Shown piece by piece: positions 45,605 to 56,135 of a stretch of DNA of 64,000 nt (its first letter is position 1; each line of letters opens with the position of its first letter). Source of the stretch: Chloroflexota bacterium (GTDB lineage: Bacteria > Chloroflexota > Limnocylindria > Limnocylindrales > CSP1-4); assembly GCA_003141245.1 (NCBI GenBank), contig PLLE01000038.1:3541-67540 (forward strand), written 5' to 3'. Under the pieces are notes generated by a model. That model was not told the origin of the DNA, made no database searches, and saw only the letters and a list, made by a program, of their open reading frames with translations. Both the position numbers and the translations under genes were made by a program.

Positions 45605-46531
45605 CTAGAGGTCCCTATCGAGCGGAATACCGTGCAAGACCCCGATGTCCTCCGCTCGATCAAGCCTGGTTCGGCCGAGCACTTCCTCGAAGGTCGCGTC
45701 GTCCATTCGCGTGGTCTGCTCCGGGCCCGGAAAGGTGCCAGCCCGAACCTCGTCCTGGAAGGCCTGGGCCGCGGCTCCAATCACCGTGTGCAGCTCGACG
45801 TAGTGCCGGGCGTGTTTCGGGGTGAAATCGGAGCTCATGCCCAGGAGGTCGGTGATCACCTGGACCTGGCCGGAGCAGCCCGCTCCCGCGCCAATCCCGA
45901 TCGTAGGAACGTGGAGCCGTTCCGTGATCGCCGCGGCCAGCTGCTCGGGCACAAGCTCGAGGACCATGGCGAAGGCGCCGGCCTGCTGAACCGCCAGCGC
46001 GTCGGAGAGGAGTCGGCGGCCCGCCTCACGGGTCTTGCCCTGGACTCGATGGCCGCCCAACTGGTGGATCGACTGGGGAGTCAACCCGATGTGGCCCATG
46101 ACGGGGATGCCGGCCCGGACGATCGATTCGATCGTCCGGGCGCTGCGTTCGCCGCCCTCGAGCTTGACCGCCCCGGCGCCGCCCTCCTGCATCAGCACGC
46201 CGGCGTTCTCCAGGCTGGCCTCGGGCGTCACGCCGTAGGAGAGGAACGGCATGTCGGCCACGACCAGGGCCCGTCTTGTGCCCCGAACGACCGCCTTGGT
46301 GTGGTGCAGCATCTCGGCCATCGTGACCCGGACCGTGCTGTCGTAGCCGAGGATGACCTGCCCAAGTGAGTCGCCGACCAGCAGCATCGGGATGCCGGCC
46401 TCGTCGAGGATGCGGGCGGTGGGGTAGTCGTAGGCGGTGAGCATGGCGATCCGCTCGCCTTCGGCGTACAGCCGGGCGATCGAGGCGATCGTCAGCCGGG
46501 CCGCATGCTGGGGCGATGGCGCCTGGCTCAC
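45605..46531 (-). CDS. panB: 3-methyl-2-oxobutanoate hydroxymethyltransferase
   Basis: MLTAYDYPTARI, LVGDSLG and VKLEGG motifs. The GTG start overlaps the coaBC stop (GTGA). Confidence 0.9.
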   Translation of the reverse strand: MSQAPSPQHAARLTIASIARLYAEGERIAMLTAYDYPTARILDEAGIPMLLVGDSLGQVILGYDSTVRVTMAEMLHHTKAVVRGTRRALVVADMPFLSYGVTPEASLENAGVLMQEGGAGAVKLEGGERSARTIESIVRAGIPVMGHIGLTPQSIHQLGGHRVQGKTREAGRRLLSDALAVQQAGAFAMVLELVPEQLAAAITERLHVPTIGIGAGAGCSGQVQVITDLLGMSSDFTPKHARHYVELHTVIGAAAQAFQDEVRAGTFPGPEQTTRMDDATFEEVLGRTRLDRAEDIGVLHGIPLDRDL

Positions 46532-47886
46532 GTCGTCGCCTCCGTCGTTGCCGTGGGAGCCTCCTCGGCGGCGGCCCCGGGGTCAGTCTCCCGGGAGTCG
46601 AGGCGGATTAGGATGCGATCCAAGAGCAACTCCGCGACCTCTCGCTTGGAGAGCATCGGCAGCTGCTCCGGCGCGCCATCGGTGTAGAAGATGGTCACGC
46701 GGTTCGTGTCCGTGCCGAAGCCCGAGCCCGGCTCGGTGACGTCGTTGGCGACGAGCATGTCCACGCCCTTGGCGCGGAGTTTCTCAGCTGCGCGATCGGT
46801 CGATCCGGTCTCGGCGGCGAAGCCGACCAGGATGGGGCGCGGCGCGCCCGAGGCGCGGATGCCGGCCCGGACGCGTTCGACGGCCTCGGCGAGGAGGTCG
46901 GGCGTGGCGTCGAGCTCGAGCTTCATGCCGGAGCCACGGCCGATCTTGTGGTCGGAGGCGGCCTTTGGCCGGAAGTCGGCTACCGCAGCGGCCATGACGA
47001 GGACGTCGAAGGCGGGCCCTTCGGGTGGGGTCAGGGCTCGTAGCGCGGCCTGCATCTCGGCGGCGGTCTCGACGCGGGCGACATGGACGCCGGCGGGTGG
47101 ATCGACATTGACGTTGCCGAGGATCAGGGTCACCGCCGCGCCGCGATCGAGCGCTTCCTCGGCGATCGCGATCCCCATCTTGCCGGTGGAACGATTACCG
47201 ATGAAGCGGACGGGGTCGATCGGCTCGATCGTTCCGCCGGCGGTGACGACGACGTGGCGGCCGGCGAAGTCGACGCGGGTCGGCCCGCTTGTCAACGCCG
47301 GGGCGGCAGCCTGGGCCGGGGCGACGCCGCTGAGCGCCTCCACGGTCGCGTCCACGATCCGGGGCAGCGCCGCGAGCCGGCCTCGACCGACCATGCCTGA
47401 GGCGAGCGGCCCGAGCTCCGGCTCGACGATCCGATACCCGAATTCGAGCAGTCGGGCGACATTAGCCTGCGTGGCCGGATGGGCGTACATCCCGCCGTCC
47501 ATCGCCGGCGCCACGACAACCGGCACCGAGGTGGCAAGGCACGCGGCGGTGATCGAATCGCCGGCCACGCCGTGGGCCATCGAGCCCAGCCAGTGAGCCG
47601 TAGCGGGGGCGACGACTATCGCCTCCACGTCGTTCGCGGCGCTGATATGCCCGATCCGACCGTCTGCCTGAAGCGCCAGCACGTCGACGTCCACCGGGTG
47701 GCGGCTCAGCGTCTCGAGGGTGAGCGGTCCGATGAAGGCAGTCGCCGAGGGCGTCATCAGGACGCGCACGTCGGCCCCTTCGGTCTGGAAGAGACGCAGC
47801 AACTCGACGGCCTTGTAGGCGGCGATCGAGCCGGTGATGCCCAGGGCGATCCGACGCCCCACGAGGCGGCCGCTCTGTACGGTCAT
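46528..47886 (-). CDS. coaBC: bifunctional phosphopantothenoylcysteine decarboxylase / phosphopantothenate--cysteine ligase
   Basis: The ATG at 47886 overlaps the coaX stop (ATGA). GITGSIAAYK (flavoprotein domain) and FIGNRSTGKMG (CoaB domain). Confidence 0.9.
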   Translation of the reverse strand: MTVQSGRLVGRRIALGITGSIAAYKAVELLRLFQTEGADVRVLMTPSATAFIGPLTLETLSRHPVDVDVLALQADGRIGHISAANDVEAIVVAPATAHWLGSMAHGVAGDSITAACLATSVPVVVAPAMDGGMYAHPATQANVARLLEFGYRIVEPELGPLASGMVGRGRLAALPRIVDATVEALSGVAPAQAAAPALTSGPTRVDFAGRHVVVTAGGTIEPIDPVRFIGNRSTGKMGIAIAEEALDRGAAVTLILGNVNVDPPAGVHVARVETAAEMQAALRALTPPEGPAFDVLVMAAAVADFRPKAASDHKIGRGSGMKLELDATPDLLAEAVERVRAGIRASGAPRPILVGFAAETGSTDRAAEKLRAKGVDMLVANDVTEPGSGFGTDTNRVTIFYTDGAPEQLPMLSKREVAELLLDRILIRLDSRETDPGAAAEEAPTATTEATT

Positions 47887-48752
47887 CGTGCCTTCTCCGA
47901 GATGATGTGGATCGAGCCGGCCGCGCTGCCGGTCCAGCCGGCCGTGGTCTGGCCGGGTACGGCGGGCGAGCCGCTGGCCACCGCCCAGAGGATGGCCAGG
48001 CCCTTGAGAGTCAGTTCCGGATCGATGGCGTCCACGCCGGGCAGGTCGCGCGCCCACGGCGCCGCCGAGAGGCCGCCGGTCAGGACGACCTGGATGGCGG
48101 ATTCCTCGACCTTCTCGGTGCGTGCCAGCTCTGCCCGAATTCGCTCCAGGAGACCGAGGGTGAGGGCCCGGTAGCCCAGCACTACGCCGGACTGCATGGC
48201 CGAGACCGTGTCGGTGCCGATCGCCCGCTTGGGCTCCGCCAGCTCGATCCGCGGCAGGCGAGCCGTCCGCGACGCGAGCGCCTCGAGTCCGATCTCGAGA
48301 CCGGGTGCGATCGCTCCGCCGATATAGCCGCCGTCCCGGGCGATGCAGTCGAACGTGGTGGCCGTCCCAACATCGACGACGATCGCCGGGGCTCCGTAAA
48401 GTCGCGCGACCGCCAGGCCGTTCACCAGCCGGTCCGCGCCCACTTCCGCCGGTCGTTCGGTTCTGACGGGGATCGGCATGGTCGCGGCGCTCGCCGAGAG
48501 CAGAGGCAAGCCGCGTCGCTCGGCCATCGTCTCCACGCCGCTCGTCAGGGCCGGAACCACCGACGCCAGCGAGATTCCGGTGACGTCGGCCAGCGATGCG
48601 CCGTCGAGGTGGAGCAAACCGTCGATGAGCATCTCCAGTTCGTCGGGCGTGCTGGCCGACCGGGTCGCGGCCCGGCGGCTGGCCACGATGGCCTCGCCGT
48701 TGACCAGCCCGAGGGCCACGTTGGTGTTGCCGATGTCGAGCGCAAGAAGCAT
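47883..48752 (-). CDS. coaX: type III pantothenate kinase
   Basis: The ATG at 48752 gives MLLALDIGNTNVALGLV. VVDVGTATTFD is also present. Confidence 0.85.
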   Translation of the reverse strand: MLLALDIGNTNVALGLVNGEAIVASRRAATRSASTPDELEMLIDGLLHLDGASLADVTGISLASVVPALTSGVETMAERRGLPLLSASAATMPIPVRTERPAEVGADRLVNGLAVARLYGAPAIVVDVGTATTFDCIARDGGYIGGAIAPGLEIGLEALASRTARLPRIELAEPKRAIGTDTVSAMQSGVVLGYRALTLGLLERIRAELARTEKVEESAIQVVLTGGLSAAPWARDLPGVDAIDPELTLKGLAILWAVASGSPAVPGQTTAGWTGSAAGSIHIISEKAR

Positions 48753-48957
48753 GGCGCGATGATACCGCCCCGCCGAGAGCCTCAGCCCCGGAGTCTCGGC
48801 CATCGTCCGGCCCATCGGCGCCGCCGAATCACATTACGCGCAAGAAACGTTACGGCGCGAGAAACGCCGGATGGCTTGTCCAGAGGGGCGCCCCTGCGGT
48901 ACCATCCATCGGTCCGTCAACGGCGCCCCAACCGTCACCCCCGCTGCCCCAGGAGGA

Positions 48958-49392
48958 GTGGTGTCGTCCGTGCCGCCAGCGAAGTTCTTCGTGAATCGCG
49001 GCATCGTGTCGAGCCGGACCGACCTGCTCAACGTCCTCCATTCCCTCGAGAAGCAGACCGTGGCCTACCGGTATTACCGCGGCCACGAGCTGGTTCAGCA
49101 TGGAATGGGCTGGGTCGAGCGGATAGTGGCGAATGAGCCGGAGACATCGACGTTCTTCACCCCGCTCTCGATCTGCCTGAACGTTGATTCGTTCGAGCAC
49201 CTCGAGTTCGAGACCCGTCCCGACCAGCTGCTCACGTATCGACTGGTGCAGGGGGACGAGGCCGTGGTGATCGATTTCGCGCCGAGCGGCGTTGCGGTCG
49301 CCGGCTCGCTCGAGCCTCGTCAGCTCGAGTTCGACACCTCGGGCTACGTCCAGATGGAGTTGCTCGGCCCCGAGTCATCGGAGGACGAGTAG
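48958..49392 (+). CDS. hypothetical protein
   Basis: Coding-like ORF. AGGAGG at 48951-48956 is followed by GTG codons at 48958, 48961 and 48970, so the exact start is uncertain. No family recognised. Confidence 0.45.
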   Translation: MVSSVPPAKFFVNRGIVSSRTDLLNVLHSLEKQTVAYRYYRGHELVQHGMGWVERIVANEPETSTFFTPLSICLNVDSFEHLEFETRPDQLLTYRLVQGDEAVVIDFAPSGVAVAGSLEPRQLEFDTSGYVQMELLGPESSEDE

Positions 49393-49569
49393 GGGACCCC
49401 GTAACCGGCGCATCGCGAACGGCTGGAACGGATGAATATCGACCTGTCAGGAGCGTGGTGGGCCGCGTAGAGACGCGGTCGCGAGGAGAGGCGCGCCGCC
49501 CGGGTGGGAGTTCCGGGTTGTCGCCATCGGTGGGATACGACCAGGTGAGTCACCAGGAGGAGACAAACG

Positions 49570-50928
49570 TTGGATGCCGTCATGGGCCCGATAGCCCGCT
49601 ACTTCAAGTTCGCCGAACGCGGCACAAACTTCCTCACTGAGTCCCGAGCCGGCCTGACCACGTTCATGGTCATGGCCTACATCATCTTCGTGAACCCGAG
49701 CATCCTCGGGGCCGGTTTCGGGCTCAAGCCTGATCAGCTCGCGGCCTACGCGGCTGCGACCGCGTTGATCGCGGGCATCATGACCATCGCCATGGGCGTG
49801 GTCGGCAACTACCCGCTCGCCCTGGCCGCGGGCCTCGGGATCAACGCCATCGTTGCCTTCACGCTCGTCGCGGGCAAGGGCCTGACTCCTTCGGGCGCGA
49901 TGGGCGTCATCGTCATCGAAGGTCTCGCCATCACGGTCCTGGTCGTCATCGGACTCCGGGAGGCGATCATGGCCGCCGTGCCGCTCGCCCTGAAGAGATC
50001 GATCGGCGTCGGCATCGGCCTCTTCATCCTGTTCATCGGCTTCGTCAACGGCGGAATGATCATCACTCCGCAGGGCGGCTCGCCGATCGTCACCCTGGCC
50101 TTCCCGACTCAGACCGCTCAGTTCGTCTTCCTGCTCGGCCTGCTGATCACAGTATCGCTGTATGTGCTCAAGGTTCGAGCGGCCCTGATCATCAGCATCT
50201 TCGTGACAACGATCGTGGCGCTGATCGCCGGCGTCGCCAAAGTGCCTGACACCGGCCTCACGGTGACGCCTTCGTTCACCACGCTCGGAAACTTCGACCT
50301 CGGCAACGTCTTCAGCAAGCTCGGCCTGATCACCGCCCTGCTGACGATCTTCGCGATCATGCTGAGCGACTTCTTCGACACGATGGGCACCGTTACCGGT
50401 GTCGCGGAGGAAGCCGGTCTGACCACCGCGGACGGCATGGTTCCCGGGATCGGGCGTGTCCTGGTTGTCGACTCTGTGGCGGCCTTCGCGGGTGGCATGG
50501 CCGGCATCAGCTCGAATACGACCTACATCGAATCCGCCGCGGGCGTCGCCGAGGGCGGCCGTACCGGGTTTGCGTCGGTCATCACCGGCATCCTGTTCCT
50601 GCTGGCGATTTTCCTGTCCCCGCTCGCTGGGATCATCCCGTCTCAGGCCACGGCCCCCGCCCTGGTTCTCGTCGGCTACCTTATGTTCACGCTCATCAAG
50701 GACGTGAACGTTGCGGACGTCGAAGACGGGCTGCCGGCTCTCCTGACCATCATCCTCATGCCGCTCACCTACGACATCACGGTCGGCATCGGCGCCGGCT
50801 TCATCTCGTGGGTCCTCATCAAGCTGCTGAAGGGGAAGTGGGCCGAGGTTCATTGGCTCATGTACGGCGTGAGCTTCGCCTTCGTCGTCTACTTCGCGAA
50901 GGACTGGATTCAGACCTTCATCAAGTAG
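49570..50928 (+). CDS. NCS2-family purine permease (AzgA-type adenine/guanine/hypoxanthine permease)
   Basis: YFKFAERGTNFLTESRAGLTTFMVMAYIIFVNPSIL is a characteristic AzgA N-terminus. About 12-13 TM. Confidence 0.85.
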   Translation: MDAVMGPIARYFKFAERGTNFLTESRAGLTTFMVMAYIIFVNPSILGAGFGLKPDQLAAYAAATALIAGIMTIAMGVVGNYPLALAAGLGINAIVAFTLVAGKGLTPSGAMGVIVIEGLAITVLVVIGLREAIMAAVPLALKRSIGVGIGLFILFIGFVNGGMIITPQGGSPIVTLAFPTQTAQFVFLLGLLITVSLYVLKVRAALIISIFVTTIVALIAGVAKVPDTGLTVTPSFTTLGNFDLGNVFSKLGLITALLTIFAIMLSDFFDTMGTVTGVAEEAGLTTADGMVPGIGRVLVVDSVAAFAGGMAGISSNTTYIESAAGVAEGGRTGFASVITGILFLLAIFLSPLAGIIPSQATAPALVLVGYLMFTLIKDVNVADVEDGLPALLTIILMPLTYDITVGIGAGFISWVLIKLLKGKWAEVHWLMYGVSFAFVVYFAKDWIQTFIK

Positions 50929-50945
50929 TCTCCCCGGATCGTCTT

Positions 50946-50975
50946 GGCGGCCGGCGCTCGCAAGGGCGCCGGCCG
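50946..50975 (+). terminator. terminator-like hairpin after the purine permease gene
   Basis: gcggccggcgc-tcgcaagg-gcgccggccgc forms a perfect 11-bp stem, followed by ttcg (weak T tract). Confidence 0.5.
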
Positions 50976-51040
50976 CTTCGCGTCTGCGAGAGACCGGCCA
51001 CGATCGCGGCTCGCGGCCGCCATCCGCTAGCATTGGCTCG

Positions 51041-52324
51041 ATGTACGAACGCACGGCGCTGCCCGACGGACCGCGCGTAATCACGTCGCGTCTTCCGGGG
51101 GCTCGCTCCGTCTCCATAGCCGCGTACGTGCTGGCCGGCTCGCGCCTCGAATCTGCCGAGGAAGCGGGCGCGGCCCACTTCATGGAGCACATCACCTTCA
51201 AAGGGACGGCCGCCTATCCGACGACGCGCGCCGTTTCGGAGGCGATCGAAGGGGTCGGCGGCAGTTTCAACGCCGCGACGGATCGCGAATCGACGGTCTA
51301 CTGGGCCCGCGTACCGCTGCGCGAAGCCGCTCGCGGCATGGACGTCCTGGGCGAGCTGATCATCCGGCCTCACCTGCGGGGCGAGGAGATCGAGTCGGAG
51401 CGGGCCGTCATCGTCGAGGAGATCCGGTCCTACCTCGACGATCCGGGCGAGCACGTTCATACGCTCTTCGACCTGGCAATGTTCGGCGACACGCCTCTCG
51501 GGCGGGAGATCGCGGGAAGCGAGGAGAGCGTCCGGGCACTGCCGCAGGAGAACCTCCGCGCCTTCTGGGCGGCGGCATATCGGCCGGGCAACGTCGTCGT
51601 TTCGGCCGCCGGCGACATCTCCCACCAGGAAATCGTCGCCCTCGTACAGCGCGCTTTCGGGACCGGCGCGGCCGTCCAGCCGTCATTCGATCCGGCGCCG
51701 GCCCTTCCCGCCGGGGAGCGGGTCATGGTCGTCCGGCGCGAAACGGTCCAGGCCCAGCTCTGTTTGGGCGTGCCCGGCCTGCCAAGAGATGACCCTGGGG
51801 CCTGGACGCTCGAAGTCCTCAACGCCATTCTCGGGGACGGCATGAGCAGTCGCCTGTTTCAGTCCGTCCGCGAGGAGAAGGGTCTCGCATACGACGTGAG
51901 TTCCTACATAGTCGACTATGCCGACGCAGGGGCTCTAGTCGTCTCCGCCGGAGTCGACCCGGAGCGGATCGGGCCCGCCGTCGGCGCCATACTGGACGAG
52001 CTCGCCCTGCTCCGCGACGAGCCGGTGCCGGCCGACGAACTGGCCCGCTCGAAGGCCTACCTGGGGGGCCGGCTCGAACTGCGGATGGAGGAGACCCGGA
52101 ATCTCGCGTCATGGCTCGGCGGCCAGGAAGCGCTCCACGATCGCGTCCTGACTCTCGATCAGGCGCTGAGCGAGCTCGACGCGGTCACTTCCGACGGCAT
52201 CCACGCCCTTGCCGGGCGCCTCATCCGCGACGATGTACTGCGGCTGGCCGCGGTCGCTCCTCGCGGCCGCACTCGCCTTCGCGGACTCGAAGCGATGCTG
52301 CGGCTGCCGGGAGGGGTGGCATGA
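51041..52324 (+). CDS. M16 family (pitrilysin/insulinase-like) zinc peptidase
   Basis: HFMEHITFKGT (inverted zincin HxxEH) in 427 aa. Confidence 0.85.
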   Translation: MYERTALPDGPRVITSRLPGARSVSIAAYVLAGSRLESAEEAGAAHFMEHITFKGTAAYPTTRAVSEAIEGVGGSFNAATDRESTVYWARVPLREAARGMDVLGELIIRPHLRGEEIESERAVIVEEIRSYLDDPGEHVHTLFDLAMFGDTPLGREIAGSEESVRALPQENLRAFWAAAYRPGNVVVSAAGDISHQEIVALVQRAFGTGAAVQPSFDPAPALPAGERVMVVRRETVQAQLCLGVPGLPRDDPGAWTLEVLNAILGDGMSSRLFQSVREEKGLAYDVSSYIVDYADAGALVVSAGVDPERIGPAVGAILDELALLRDEPVPADELARSKAYLGGRLELRMEETRNLASWLGGQEALHDRVLTLDQALSELDAVTSDGIHALAGRLIRDDVLRLAAVAPRGRTRLRGLEAMLRLPGGVA

Positions 52325-53775
52325 GGGACGGGGCCAGGCCCCGGCGGAAGTCTCCGGCCGTGGCTCCGGGTCTCTCGCAGTCGCCCGAGATCCAGGGCGT
52401 CGAGGAGGTCGTCGAGTTGCCGGTTCGCGTGCCGACAGAGGCGCTGCGGGGCGAGTCCATCGAGCCGCCCGATGCCGCGCCAGATGTCGCGCCAGAGGCC
52501 GAATCCGCCGAGACACTCGACGTGGCCGCGATGCCCGAGGCCGAATCCGCCGAGACACTCGACGTGGCCGCGATGCCCGAGGCCGTCGGCAGGCTCACGG
52601 CGATCGAGACGCCAACGGGCGAGGCCGCAGCGAGCGAGAGCGACCCTGGCAATGATTTCTTCGGGGCTCCGGTGAAGGCGACCGAGCCGCCCCAGGCCGA
52701 TGCGGCCGCGAGGCCCGGCCTCGAGCCGGTCCGTGCCGCTGCGCCCGCCGTCGCCGATCCAGCCACGGAGATCCGCTTCGCCCGGCTGCACCTGCGGACC
52801 GGATCGCTTCACCGGGCCCGTTCGGAGTACGAGTCGCTGGCCGGAAACAACCTCCTGGACACGCCGGCTACGCTGGATCTGGCCGAGGTGCGCTGGCGAA
52901 CAGGCGACCTGGCCGGCGCCGGGAGCGCCGCCGCGGCATACCTGGCGGCCGACGGCCAAGAGGCTCTGGGTTTCTTGATCGCGGCCGAGGCCGCGGCCGC
53001 TCAAGATCACGTGGCCGACGCCCGTCGCCTCGCCGGGCGGGCTCTGGAGCGTAGCCTGGTCAACCTCGAGGTCTTCTTCGCCGGTGTGCCACGCCGCATG
53101 ACCTGGCCGGCGAGCAGATGGACAGCGCCCGCTGCGATAAAGATAGATGCGTCGTCGCCGGCGGCCACGCCCGATAGAGCCGCCCCGTCGCCCGTCATGG
53201 GTGAGCCGCTTACTGAGGCTCCGGAAGGCAGTCTGTGGGCGCGAACCAAGGAGTTGCCCGCGCCCGAGCCGGAGGCCCAATTGCCGGCCGCGGCGTCGCA
53301 TCTTTGGGGCGGGGAAGTCGCTGCCGGCGCGGCCGCCCTCCGGGCGGGCGATGCGCTGATGGCGGCACTCCATTTCGCCGTCGCCCTGCGCATGACCCCG
53401 GAGTCGGCTCGGGCCGTCGTCGACGGCATCGGCGAGCGGCAGGACCTCGCCCTGGAACTCGTTCGTGGGGACGCGTTGCGGCTGCTCGGCAACGGGTCAG
53501 GTGCCGGTGAGGCCTACGCCTCCGTCGAGTCTGCGCTCAGCAAGCCCAGGGTCGCCGAGGCCCTCCCGTCCGAACCGGCGGCGCCCGAACCGGCGGCGTC
53601 CGGACCGGCGGCGCCCCAGCCCGCCGCACAGGCCCCCGCCGTCCAGCAGGCCTCCGCGGCCCGGCCGGTGACCTCCGCTTCTGAACCCGCCGTGCCCGCG
53701 TCCAAAGTGGCATCGACGCCGGAGCCCCCCAAGAAGGCTGAGGTCGATGAGCCGCCCGCCATCAGGTGGGAGTGA
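52321..53775 (+). CDS. hypothetical protein, acidic repeat N-terminus, TPR-like helical core, Pro/Ala-rich tail
   Basis: The ATG overlaps the M16 stop (ATGA). A tandem duplication of roughly 45 bp within about 52495-52585 encodes two copies of AESAETLDVAAMPE. Confidence 0.5.
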   Translation: MRDGARPRRKSPAVAPGLSQSPEIQGVEEVVELPVRVPTEALRGESIEPPDAAPDVAPEAESAETLDVAAMPEAESAETLDVAAMPEAVGRLTAIETPTGEAAASESDPGNDFFGAPVKATEPPQADAAARPGLEPVRAAAPAVADPATEIRFARLHLRTGSLHRARSEYESLAGNNLLDTPATLDLAEVRWRTGDLAGAGSAAAAYLAADGQEALGFLIAAEAAAAQDHVADARRLAGRALERSLVNLEVFFAGVPRRMTWPASRWTAPAAIKIDASSPAATPDRAAPSPVMGEPLTEAPEGSLWARTKELPAPEPEAQLPAAASHLWGGEVAAGAAALRAGDALMAALHFAVALRMTPESARAVVDGIGERQDLALELVRGDALRLLGNGSGAGEAYASVESALSKPRVAEALPSEPAAPEPAASGPAAPQPAAQAPAVQQASAARPVTSASEPAVPASKVASTPEPPKKAEVDEPPAIRWE

Positions 53776-53850
53776 CCGCTCGATCTCGGTCGTGTCGAGC
53801 GACCGGCTAAACTCCCCGTCGTATCAACCCACCGCAGCGGTACCTGTGCA

Positions 53851-54312
53851 GTGATCGAACGCACCGTCGTCCTCGTCAAGCCCGACGGCGTCCAGCGCCA
53901 GCTGGTCGGCCGTATCGTCGCCCGCTTCGAAGAGCGAGGTCTCAAGATCGTCGGGCTCAAGCTGGTAAAGGTGGATCGCGAGCTGGCCGAGCGGCACTAC
54001 GCCGTCCACAAGGGCAAGCCGTTCTTCGAGGGTCTGGTCGCCTTCATCACCTCGGGTCCGCTGGTTGCCATGGCCCTGGAAGGACCGGACGCGATCTCAA
54101 TGGTCCGGACGATGAACGGTGCCACCAGGCCGAACGAGGCGGCACCGGGCACGATTCGCGGCGACCTGGCCGTGGAGATGGGCCAGAACCTGGTCCACGC
54201 GTCGGACGGACCGGAGACCGCGGCAACTGAGCTGAGCCTCTGGTTCCGCGCGGACGAGCTGGTCTCCTACGAGCGCGAGATCGATCGCTGGGTCATCGGC
54301 CCCAAAGGCTGA
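53851..54312 (+). CDS. ndk: nucleoside-diphosphate kinase
   Basis: [18 protein letters not shown] and NLVHASD (active-site His). Confidence 0.9.
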   Translation: MIERTVVLVKPDGVQRQLVGRIVARFEERGLKIVGLKLVKVDRELAERHYAVHKGKPFFEGLVAFITSGPLVAMALEGPDAISMVRTMNGATRPNEAAPGTIRGDLAVEMGQNLVHASDGPETAATELSLWFRADELVSYEREIDRWVIGPKG

Positions 54313-54356
54313 CCGGCTGACCGACCTCCCCTGGGCTCGTGGCGCCGGCGGTTCGA

Positions 54357-56135
54357 TCAGTCGCCGCTGGTTCCGCTCGGCAGCGGCGACGCGCTAGACG
54401 ACGCCGATGGAGCTGCGGTCGCGGCGGTCGCGGCCGGGGTGGGGGAGGGCGGCAGCGGGAAGGTGATGGCGGGCGACGCCCCGGCCGAGGCCTCGGGAGT
54501 CGGCTCGCCTCCGTTGTCGATAGCACTCGGAATCGCGATGGGCCCCGCGGCCTGGTCGAGGGTGATCCCAGACTGGCTCGCGCCCGCCGCCCCGAACCCA
54601 CCGAAGGCGATAGCGGCCGCGACCGCCGCGATCCCCAGGACGAGCAGGCTGGCCTGCAGCGGCCTGTTCAGGCGCCACGCGACACGGAGCTGATGTCCGA
54701 AGGAAACATGCCGGCGGTGACTCTGGACCGGCCCTTCGTCGTCGGCGTGTTGTGAAGCGGGATCGGCAACGGCGGTCGCCACCGCGACAGGTGCGACCTC
54801 CGCGGACTTGGCCACCGCGACCGGTGCGACCTCCGCGGCCAAGACCTCCTGACCCGCGGCCTCGGCACCCGCCGGATGCCAGCGTGGTCGATCTCCGGCC
54901 GCGCCGCGCACGACGGCCGATGGCGTCAACAGTCCGATGGCCATCAGACGCAGGTAGTAGGCGAGCGAAAGAAGGATTGCGGCCGTCCCCAGGAAGTGCA
55001 CCGAATCGGGCAGGCCCAGGCGGACGAGCGTCGCACGCGCCTCGAAGACGTCGCTGCCCGGCCAGCCCAGGGTCGCCAGCACGATCCCCACCAGCGCGAG
55101 TCCCAGGATCGGCGAGCGGCGTAGCCACCCTCGCAGATCGCCCAGGTTCGACGACCCGAATGCCCATGAGGCGGTCGCGGCCCAGGCCACCAGCGCCGAC
55201 TTGGCGAGAATGAACGCCAGCAACCACAGACGGGCCGGCTGGGCTGCGTCGGCGTCGCGTGCCGTCAGGGCGAGAAGAATGAAGCCGGTGTCCTGCACGA
55301 TCGAATAGGCCACTACCTCTTCGATCTCGTCATGAAGCATCGCGCCTACGGCCCCGAGGACGAGGGTCGCCACCGCGACGAGCTGCACGGCAACCACTGC
55401 GCGATCGAGCCAGTCGCCCGGTACTCCGTAGATGGTGGCGCCCCAACTCAGTGCGACCAGCCCGAAGCCGGTCGGGATCCAGACGAGCGAGAGAACCAGG
55501 CCCAGACCCTCGCCGCTCCTGCTCAAGAGCGCCGCCGGCACGTGAAATGGCACCGCCCCCGAGCGAACGGCCACCGCCGCAGCCAGGGCCACGAAGGCGA
55601 TCGCGATCATGAATGTCGGGTCGTCCGCGTTCCAGTTGGTGTTGAGGACGGTGACGGCGGCAAGGACCGAGGCGCCGACGACGAGCGCGAGAGTGCGGAG
55701 CTCGGCTACCCCGACGGTCGTGCCCAGCGGCGTCGAACGGATGCGGCTCGCAACGAGCGCGGCCGGGGCCGTCGCGGCCGCTGCCGCAATCAGGGCCACG
55801 GTTGGGTCGGTGGCGGAGATGGCGAAGCCCACGCCGGCGAAGGTCGCGAGCGCGGCGGGCGCCAGCCGTTCCGGCCAGCCGGTTACGAGGCCGACGATGC
55901 ACAGCATCAGGCAACTGGCCGTCAGGGCGGTGAGGAAGAAGCAGACGAACCGGGTTGTCGCGAGCTGCACCTCCCCGAGAGTCGCGGTGTCGTTCGGATT
56001 CAGGAGCAAGGCCGCGGTCAGGGCGGCGACCAGGCTGCCGACGGCCACGAGTCGCGAGAGCATCGCGAACGGCTGGGCCAGCAACCCCAGGAGCATCCCG
56101 AAGATGCAGATGAGAAGAAAGGCGATCAGCGTCAT
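54357..56135 (-). CDS. divergent NuoN/MrpD-like (proton-conducting membrane transporter family) protein with a C-terminal extension
   Basis: The ATG at 56135 overlaps the upstream stop (ATGA). About 14 TM. VPFHVPAALLS and EVVAYSIVQDTGFILL resemble, with substitutions, the PFHxWxPD and AYSSI motifs of NuoN/MrpD. An extra TM and a PT/Ser-rich tail follow, with an internal tandem duplication of roughly 33 bp near 54775-54840. Confidence 0.55.
   Translation of the reverse strand: MTLIAFLLICIFGMLLGLLAQPFAMLSRLVAVGSLVAALTAALLLNPNDTATLGEVQLATTRFVCFFLTALTASCLMLCIVGLVTGWPERLAPAALATFAGVGFAISATDPTVALIAAAAATAPAALVASRIRSTPLGTTVGVAELRTLALVVGASVLAAVTVLNTNWNADDPTFMIAIAFVALAAAVAVRSGAVPFHVPAALLSRSGEGLGLVLSLVWIPTGFGLVALSWGATIYGVPGDWLDRAVVAVQLVAVATLVLGAVGAMLHDEIEEVVAYSIVQDTGFILLALTARDADAAQPARLWLLAFILAKSALVAWAATASWAFGSSNLGDLRGWLRRSPILGLALVGIVLATLGWPGSDVFEARATLVRLGLPDSVHFLGTAAILLSLAYYLRLMAIGLLTPSAVVRGAAGDRPRWHPAGAEAAGQEVLAAEVAPVAVAKSAEVAPVAVATAVADPASQHADDEGPVQSHRRHVSFGHQLRVAWRLNRPLQASLLVLGIAAVAAAIAFGGFGAAGASQSGITLDQAAGPIAIPSAIDNGGEPTPEASAGASPAITFPLPPSPTPAATAATAAPSASSSASPLPSGTSGD

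Noticed and set aside
49393-49569. Looked for a purine (guanine/adenine) riboswitch upstream of the NCS2 purine permease
   Set aside because: I could not find the conserved three-way-junction core sequences (the UAUA...UGGAUAUGG...CUACC-type pattern). Only generic GC-rich hairpins are present. A covariance-model scan would be needed to exclude a divergent element.
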